A stretch of 48,003 bases of DNA from a virus, in IMG/VR virus record IMGVR_UViG_3300017421_000001, positions 1 to 48,003 of that record. One strand, 5' to 3'. Position 1 is the first letter of the stretch. Every line of letters starts with the position of its first letter. Positions 43,157-48,003 of the stretch are shown here, piece by piece. The notes beneath the pieces are model-generated. The model was given only the letters and a program-made list of their open reading frames with translations. It was not told where the DNA came from and did no database searches. The position numbers were made by a program, and so were the translations under genes.

Positions 43157-43482
43157 GCTGCAGCCCCTTCTTGCCGGCGCACCAGCTCGCGGCGCAAATC
43201 CATCATGGAGTAGTCGGCAAGGACCTCCTTGAGGGGCGCAGTCGTGATCTGATGCTCGATCTTGACCGGCGCCAAGACCTCGATCGCGCGCTTACGGTTG
43301 GCCATGCGGCGGATGCAGCCGCGCTCTTCCAGCGACTTGACGAGGCGGCTGATATCTCCGCTCGACCGGATGTTAAGCGCAGCCATCATTTGGCGATAGG
43401 ACGGGCAGAACCCTTCTTCGCTGATGAACCCAGCGATGAACTCAAGCAGCTTGGATTGCCGCGAGGTGAGGCCATAGTTCAT
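43153..43482 (-). CDS. LexA N-terminal DNA-binding-domain protein lacking the S24 peptidase domain
   Basis: LTSRQSKLLEFIAGFISEEGFCPSYRQMMAALNIRSSGDISRLVKSLEERGCIRRMANRKRAIEV matches the LexA winged-helix domain. Only 109 aa. Confidence 0.65.
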   Translation of the reverse strand: MNYGLTSRQSKLLEFIAGFISEEGFCPSYRQMMAALNIRSSGDISRLVKSLEERGCIRRMANRKRAIEVLAPVKIEHQITTAPLKEVLADYSMMDLRRELVRRQEGAAA

Positions 43483-43904
43483 GCCGCCACCGCCCGCAGG
43501 TGCGCGACCTTGCCGTTCAGCTCAGCAATCTCGCAGGCGCTAAGCTCGCGTCCAGCGGGGCTGTCGGGATGGTGTGCCTTGCCCTTGGTAGCGAGGATGT
43601 CGCGGCAAACCGTCTCAAGCTGATCGTGGTCGATACCCTCGGGTACACGCACCAGAACGCAGCCGGTCGGCAGCAGAAGCGAAAGCAGATCATCAGGGAT
43701 GGCCTTACTCTCGGCGCAGGCATAGACCGCGCTCATCGGCATCATGACAGGATCGCGGCCACCTTCCTGAGGGAAGTAGGTCAGCAGGGTGGGGTAGGGC
43801 AGGCCAGCGTCGAAGCTGATAGCCTTTAGCGCGATACCACGGCGGTCCAGCTCGCGGCGGATAGCCGACTGACGCTGGCGCACGATCTCATTCGCGTCGC
43901 TCAT
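43479..43904 (-). CDS. CII-like (CP76-type) regulatory protein, tentative
   Basis: 141 aa. The layout AGLPYPTLLTYFPQEGG...MPMSAVYA...LLP resembles phage CII/CP76 regulators. Similarity judged by eye only. Confidence 0.35.
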   Translation of the reverse strand: MSDANEIVRQRQSAIRRELDRRGIALKAISFDAGLPYPTLLTYFPQEGGRDPVMMPMSAVYACAESKAIPDDLLSLLLPTGCVLVRVPEGIDHDQLETVCRDILATKGKAHHPDSPAGRELSACEIAELNGKVAHLRAVAA

Positions 43905-44167
43905 GATTTTTGCTGCTCCTGCGAAGTAGATGTCGCTGCATGAGCGAAGGATGGAACGATGAAGGCGCCGACTGCTGCTGGCAGGGGGGAGGGTTGGGCA
44001 GCAGCCGGCGCAGGGTTGCCGGCATGGGGTCCGGTCTTGAGGCGCGTTCGAATGACGCGCGTAACTTCGGCGATGTCGCCCGACTGGTGGTGGGCAGAGT
44101 CCGCCAGTTCGTGGACCTTGGACCGGTCACAACGGCGGATGAGGATCTGTGCGTCAGTGAGGGGCAT
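43901..44167 (-). CDS. Hypothetical 88-aa protein
   Basis: Starts immediately after the methylase stop. Confidence 0.45.
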   Translation of the reverse strand: MPLTDAQILIRRCDRSKVHELADSAHHQSGDIAEVTRVIRTRLKTGPHAGNPAPAAAQPSPLPAAVGAFIVPSFAHAATSTSQEQQKS

Positions 44168-44932
44168 CTAAGCGGCCCTCGACGCGAACAGAGGGCCACC
44201 CTCGGTGCGAAGACGCTCGCAGGCAATCTCGTAGATCGCCGGGTCTTTCTCTACGCCGATGAAATTGCGCCCACACCGAGCGGCAGCGATGCCAGTCGTT
44301 CCCGAGCCCATGGTGAAGTCGAGGATGGTCTCGCCTGCACGGCTGTAGGTCTTAATCAGATACTCCATCAGATCGACGGGCTTCTGAGTCCGATGCAAGC
44401 TGCTGTTCTGTGTGTCGCTCGAGAACGTCAGGACGGTGCCAGGATAGCGCTCGGTGCTATCGTAGTGGTAGTCGCCAGCCATGTGCCCGTAGACTTCGGT
44501 CTGCAGGTGCTTGCCGCGAAAGGTCCGCTTGCGTTCGTGCCCAGTCGTCTTCTGCGGGTAGTAGTTCGATTGCCCGTCGCAGAAGAGGCTGACGATCTCA
44601 TGCTTTCGCAACGGCTGACGCTTGGCGTTCAGGAAGCCGGTGCCCTTGGGCTTGTTCCAGATCCAATCGTGCTTGAACTGGCGGAGGTTGGAGGTGCGCA
44701 GCAGAGACGAGAATGGCTCGGCCCCAAACAGGACAACGGGAGTGCCGCGCTCGGTGACATGACCGATCGAGCGCCACATGTCGTCGAAGGGAATGACCGC
44801 ATCCCACTTGCATTGCGTGGTGCCGTAAGGGATGTCGGCTATTACCGCGGCCACCTTACCCAGCGTCGGCAACACATCCCGGCAATCGCCCAGGTACAGC
44901 GTAGCGCGCCCGATCTGCTCGACCCGGCTCAC
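44168..44932 (-). CDS. DNA N6-adenine/N4-cytosine methyltransferase (beta-class, PF01555-like)
   Basis: GTG start. Motif IV VIADIPYG. C-terminal motif I ILDFTMGSGTTGIAAARCGRNFIGVE. No adjacent endonuclease. Confidence 0.9.
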   Translation of the reverse strand: MSRVEQIGRATLYLGDCRDVLPTLGKVAAVIADIPYGTTQCKWDAVIPFDDMWRSIGHVTERGTPVVLFGAEPFSSLLRTSNLRQFKHDWIWNKPKGTGFLNAKRQPLRKHEIVSLFCDGQSNYYPQKTTGHERKRTFRGKHLQTEVYGHMAGDYHYDSTERYPGTVLTFSSDTQNSSLHRTQKPVDLMEYLIKTYSRAGETILDFTMGSGTTGIAAARCGRNFIGVEKDPAIYEIACERLRTEGGPLFASRAA

Positions 44933-45090
44933 GCTTTCACCCCACGGCGGTCGCTTTGAAGGTGCCGCTCCAACGCCCTGGCATGAGCCCGTGTGAGGGA
45001 CTTTCCGCGAAAGCGTACAGGATCAGCAAAGGGGTTTGCGTCCAGTGCTGCCTTGATCTGTGTGAGATCGTCAGAGGGAAGGGGGGTCAT
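44929..45090 (-). CDS. 53-aa protein between cro and the methylase (below the ORF-track cutoff)
   Basis: ATGA overlap with the cro stop and GTGA overlap with the methylase start. Begins MTPLPSDDLTQIKAALDANPFADPVRFRGKSLTRAHARALERHLQ. Confidence 0.4.
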   Translation of the reverse strand: MTPLPSDDLTQIKAALDANPFADPVRFRGKSLTRAHARALERHLQSDRRGVKA

Positions 45091-45290
45091 GCGGCGCGCC
45101 TCTCATTGAGGATCGCGTTGAGCGCCGTTTCCAGCTTGTTCACTGCCTCAACGGTCGCGCCATTCTTCTTGCGCTTCCAACGTGAAGGCGTGGTAGGATC
45201 AACACCAGCCCGGTCGCAGATGTGCGACATCGGAACCCGGCTTGTGCGAGCGCGCTCAAAGAAAGCTGCGATAGGGTCGGTGGTCTGCAT
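45087..45290 (-). CDS. Cro-like HTH regulator
   Basis: 67 aa. HTH PMSHICDRAGVDPTTPSRWKR. Divergent from the repressor across the operator cluster. Confidence 0.7.
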   Translation of the reverse strand: MQTTDPIAAFFERARTSRVPMSHICDRAGVDPTTPSRWKRKKNGATVEAVNKLETALNAILNERRAA

Positions 45291-45293
45291 ACT

Positions 45294-45368
45294 TAGGCAG
45301 AGTATAGGCAGGCCTGCCTAAATGCAAGTGCAGAGTTGCCTAGCGCCTCAAATAGGCAGGTTTGCTAA
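45294..45368. promoter_or_regulatory. Immunity operator cluster with divergent promoters
   Basis: Perfect palindrome TAGGCAGGCCTGCCTA at 45305..45320. Partial sites at 45294..45300, 45337..45342 and 45353..45368. Minus-strand TTGCAT (45327..45322)-17-TACTCT (45304..45299) puts the perfect operator in the promoter spacer. Confidence 0.65.
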
Positions 45369-45378
45369 TCCCGCCTTC

Positions 45379-46032
45379 ATGGCAGGTTCTGTAGCAGACG
45401 ATATCAAGCTTGTGCGCGAGCTGGTGAAATGGGCTGATGTGAGCGTTGCCGAAATGGCGCGGCGCATTGAGGTTCACAACACCACACTCAACCGGTTCAA
45501 CAAAGGAACAGCTACCACCCGCTTGCACCGCGACACACTTGCGAAGCTCAAGGCCAAGTTCCCGGATTTCCCTGGCTTTGGCGGTGATGAGGAAGCCGAG
45601 GACGAGGCGGCAGTCTCACCGCAAGCCTACCTTTTTGTTGAGGTTTTGCCTTCCTACGCTGGCATGGGCGGCGGCGGCACCGGCGACGGCGATCGGAGCC
45701 AAGCTCTTATCTCGCGGTCCTTGATCGAAGATGAGTTGCGGGCAAAGCCTAGCGACTTGATCCTGATCGAGGCGCGCGGCGAAAGCATGATGCCAGACTT
45801 CCACCACGGAGATCAGATCCTCATCGACAAGCGGGATCGCGATCCCGTGCAACCTGGCGTGTTCGCGCTCTGGGACGGTGATGGGTATGTGGTGAAGCTA
45901 GTCGAGCGCGTACCTCACAAGAAGGGCTTTTATCGCGTGTTCTCGGCCAACACGCGCTTCTCGGCCTATGAGGTCGCAGAGGAATCGGTACGCATCATGG
46001 GGAGGCCGGTATGGTTTGGAAGACGGCTCTAA
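45379..46032 (+). CDS. CI-type repressor (HTH plus LexA/S24 autopeptidase domain)
   Basis: N-terminal HTH VSVAEMARRIEVHNTTLNRF, Ala-Gly cleavage site in PSYAGMGG, Ser in GESMMPDF and Lys in YVVKLV. ATG 45379 preferred over 45322, which lies inside the operators. Confidence 0.85.
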   Translation: MAGSVADDIKLVRELVKWADVSVAEMARRIEVHNTTLNRFNKGTATTRLHRDTLAKLKAKFPDFPGFGGDEEAEDEAAVSPQAYLFVEVLPSYAGMGGGGTGDGDRSQALISRSLIEDELRAKPSDLILIEARGESMMPDFHHGDQILIDKRDRDPVQPGVFALWDGDGYVVKLVERVPHKKGFYRVFSANTRFSAYEVAEESVRIMGRPVWFGRRL

Positions 46033-46379
46033 TCGCTGCCTCGCTGATATCAGCACCAGCTAACGCACAAACTAGCTGCCAATGGTATGGCTCGATATGG
46101 CGTTGTGACGCCGCTCCTACCGCGCCGCCTCCAGCAACAGGGGCGATGTGGAACAACTACATCAAGGGTATTGAGGCTCAAAATCAGCGCACGTTGGAAA
46201 GCCAAAGAGACCGCCAGCAGCAGTTTGAAGCGCAATCACAGACAATGGCAACCACTGCATTACGCCAGCGAGTGGCGGGTGAAATACGAGCTGGCAGATG
46301 CCAAGCGGCGATTGATATGGCCCTAAGCGCCGGCGATGTCGAACTGGCTGCGCAAACTAAATCAATCTGCCAAGGATAG
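46011..46379 (+). CDS. Secreted 122-aa protein downstream of the repressor
   Basis: Signal peptide MVWKTALIAASLISAPANA|QT. 22-nt overlap with the cI end. Its stop codon TAG is the first triplet of the operator at 46377. Confidence 0.6.
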   Translation: MVWKTALIAASLISAPANAQTSCQWYGSIWRCDAAPTAPPPATGAMWNNYIKGIEAQNQRTLESQRDRQQQFEAQSQTMATTALRQRVAGEIRAGRCQAAIDMALSAGDVELAAQTKSICQG

Positions 46380-46430
46380 GCAGGCCTGCATAGATAACGC
46401 TTGACGAGCTAGGCAGGCCTGCCTAGAACT
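46377..46430 (+). promoter_or_regulatory. Operator-flanked early promoter of the recombination operon
   Basis: TAGGCAGGCCTGCATA (46377..46392), TTGACG (46401..46406), and perfect TAGGCAGGCCTGCCTA (46410..46425) overlapping the -10 region. The first 29 nt are nearly identical to 2088..2116. Confidence 0.6.
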
Positions 46431-46470
46431 ATTTCCATCAGGGCGCGGTGCCCTGCATGGAGATCCTTCC

Positions 46471-47253
46471 GTGAACGCCCATTCTACAATCGAGCCGCCT
46501 AGCTTGGCGCTGCTCCGCAAGCCGTTCCCCGACCATCACATCAGCAAGCTGCCCAAGGAGACGCGGGCGCAGATCGATGCCCGCAAGACCAACAAAGACC
46601 TGATGGTCTGGAAGTGCGGCGTCTGCGGCGGCGCGCACCACAAGGATGCAGTGCACCTCGACTACGTTGGTCACGCCGCTCTTACTGATCGCCTGCTCGA
46701 AACCGATCCCGAGTGGTCCTGGGAGCCTGTCGCGTTCGACGCTACCGGCCTCCCCGCGATCGACAACAACGGCGGGTTGTGGATCCGCCTGACCGTGCTG
46801 GGCGTCACTCGCCTCGGTTACGGCGATGCCGAAGGCAAGCAGGGCGGTAATGCCGTCAAGGAAGCCATCGGTGACGCGCTGCGCAACGCAGCCATGCGGT
46901 TCGGTGCTGCGCTCGACCTTTGGCACAAGGGCGATCTGCACGCCGACGATGATGATGGTGCTGCAGCCGATGCTAGCGCGTCCGATCATTCGGCTCCCGG
47001 CAATGGCGCGGTCAACGCCGCCCAACTCTCCAAGCTCAAGCTCATGCTGGACGCGCTCAAGCTGACCGAGACCGAATGGCTGCGCAAGTTTGGCGCGCCC
47101 AAGGGGGCCCAGCTTCACCAGTTGCCGGAATCGCAGTTCCGCAGGGCTGTCGATGACCTTGAAGACCGTCTCGCCCATGCCGCCCGCCAGCAGAGCAATG
47201 GCGCAGCGCAGAACGGCGAGAACTTCAACATTGATGACGAGGTGAAATTCTGA
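46471..47253 (+). CDS. Single-strand annealing recombinase (Rad52/Sak-like), tentative
   Basis: GTG start with GGAGAT SD. KEAIGDALRNAAMRFGAALDLW resembles the Rad52-family SSAP core. Lies in an operon with ssb and ninB. Confidence 0.55.
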   Translation: MNAHSTIEPPSLALLRKPFPDHHISKLPKETRAQIDARKTNKDLMVWKCGVCGGAHHKDAVHLDYVGHAALTDRLLETDPEWSWEPVAFDATGLPAIDNNGGLWIRLTVLGVTRLGYGDAEGKQGGNAVKEAIGDALRNAAMRFGAALDLWHKGDLHADDDDGAAADASASDHSAPGNGAVNAAQLSKLKLMLDALKLTETEWLRKFGAPKGAQLHQLPESQFRRAVDDLEDRLAHAARQQSNGAAQNGENFNIDDEVKF

Positions 47254-47927
47254 TGGCCGATCAGAAGCACAACAATCCGCCGGCGGATGCCGCATTCTCG
47301 ATCCATATCGACGAGCTGTTCACGCTCCTTTCGGATGCCCTGTCGGGACGTCCTATCGAGACGGATGAGCAGGAAGAGGCGATCGACGCTCTGCTGGGCG
47401 ACTTCCACAAGGCGTGGAAGGACTCTGATGGCGCCCGTGCGGCCGAGAAGAAGCCCCACGATGATGCAGGCAAGGCTGTCCAGGCCAAGTGGAAGCCGAT
47501 CGTGGACAAGGCCGATCGTGGCAAGAAGGCCTGCAGCGAGGCCCTGACGCCATACCGGCAGGCCAAGCAACGCGCGAAGGATGAAGCCGCCCGTAAGGCC
47601 CGCGAGGAAGCGGCAGAACGGGAGCGTGCCGCACAAGAGGCGCTGAAGCAGGCGGACGATCTGGAAACTCGCTTTGAGGCTGAACAGCAGTTTGAAGCCG
47701 CCAAGAAACTCACTGCGGTGGCGAACAAGATCGACCGCGCGCCCACCGGGCTTCGCACCTCATGGGAGGCGGAGATCACCGACCGCACCGCTGCGCTCAA
47801 GCACTATCTCTCGCAGCAGCCGGAAGCGTTTGTCGCCCTCATTCAGGAGCTGGCCGACCGCGATGCCCGGGGCGCTCGACCGCAGCGCCCCGGCATCACT
47901 TATCACGAACGAAAGAAGGCAGCGTAA
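47253..47927 (+). CDS. Hypothetical 224-aa charged helical protein
   Basis: ATGA-type overlap with the upstream gene. Lys/Glu/Ala-rich centre. Confidence 0.55.
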   Translation: MADQKHNNPPADAAFSIHIDELFTLLSDALSGRPIETDEQEEAIDALLGDFHKAWKDSDGARAAEKKPHDDAGKAVQAKWKPIVDKADRGKKACSEALTPYRQAKQRAKDEAARKAREEAAERERAAQEALKQADDLETRFEAEQQFEAAKKLTAVANKIDRAPTGLRTSWEAEITDRTAALKHYLSQQPEAFVALIQELADRDARGARPQRPGITYHERKKAA

Positions 47928-48003
47928 CATGGCAGGCAGCGTCAACAAGGTCATCATCGTCGGCAATCTCGGCGCCGACCCGGAGGTCAAGTCGTTCCAG
48001 AAC
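47892..48003. repeat. Terminal overlap copy B (identical to 1..112); includes a truncated second copy of the ssb start (ATG 47929)
   Basis: Exact identity with 1..112. Offset is 47,891. Confidence 0.95.

Larger units (their letters stand above)
1..47891. mobile_element. Complete circularly closed temperate tailed-phage genome (siphovirus-type), unit length 47,891 bp
   Basis: 47892..48003 is identical to 1..112. The window holds integrase+attP, a CI/Cro switch, replication, packaging, head, tail and lysis modules, and no obviously chromosomal genes. Confidence 0.85.

Noticed and set aside
45322-45378. Upstream ATG 45322 as the repressor start (ORF-track start)
   Set aside because: That codon coincides with the -35 hexamer of the divergent promoter. 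The extra 19 codons would run through three operator sites. ATG 45379 gives a normal HTH N-terminus.
1-48003. Toxin-antitoxin, CBASS, retron or other named defence systems
   Set aside because: I saw no motif for cyclases, reverse transcriptases, STAND/AAA ATPases, SIR2/TIR domains or classic toxins (PIN, RelE, HipA) in any plausible frame. The only defence-type candidates are the unassigned cassettes listed as findings.

Overview
The window is one circularly closed genome. Bases 47892..48003 repeat bases 1..112 exactly, giving a unit length of 47,891 bp. It reads as a temperate siphovirus-type phage from a high-GC host (about 62-63% GC by hand counts; probably a proteobacterium, possibly an alphaproteobacterium, which is inference only). 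I found no rRNA, CRISPR array, IS element or intact tRNA.

Layout:
- **Immunity switch (45087..46032):** a LexA/S24-type CI repressor diverges from a Cro-like HTH gene. The operators are built on the 16-bp palindrome TAGGCAGGCCTGCCTA.
- **Two further operator-controlled promoters:** the same operator guards plus-strand promoters at 46377..46430 (SSAP, SSB, HNH-like, NinB) and at 2088..2140 (C5-methyltransferase, HNH homing endonuclease, XRE regulator, integrase).
- **Attachment site:** the attP candidate at 7303..7343 is the 5' 41 nt of a tRNA-Val(UAC).
- **Leftward unit (45290 down to 10350, about 35 kb):** this almost gap-free block encodes cro, an N6/N4 methylase, a CII-like regulator, a LexA-N-terminal-domain-only protein, RusA, T5orf172, and an O-like initiator with internal iterons. 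It continues with TerS/TerL, portal, protease/scaffold, capsid and head-tail genes, major tail protein, G/G-T chaperones with a GGGAAAC slippery site, and tape measure. It ends with the tail tip, a 1232-aa SGNH-esterase tail fibre and the lysis genes.

Items most worth follow-up:
- a low-GC two-gene cassette wedged into the tail-tip module (19488..20764)
- a convergent 65-aa + DUF2335 pair laid out for lysogen-only expression (1222..1915)
- two Sec-signal-peptide proteins plus a 27-aa membrane peptide inside the head module (31217..32220)
- the unusual 5'-half tRNA attP that appears to carry its own promoter
- a signal-peptide protein co-transcribed with cI (46011..46379)

All functional calls come from motif recognition by eye. 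No database searches were run.
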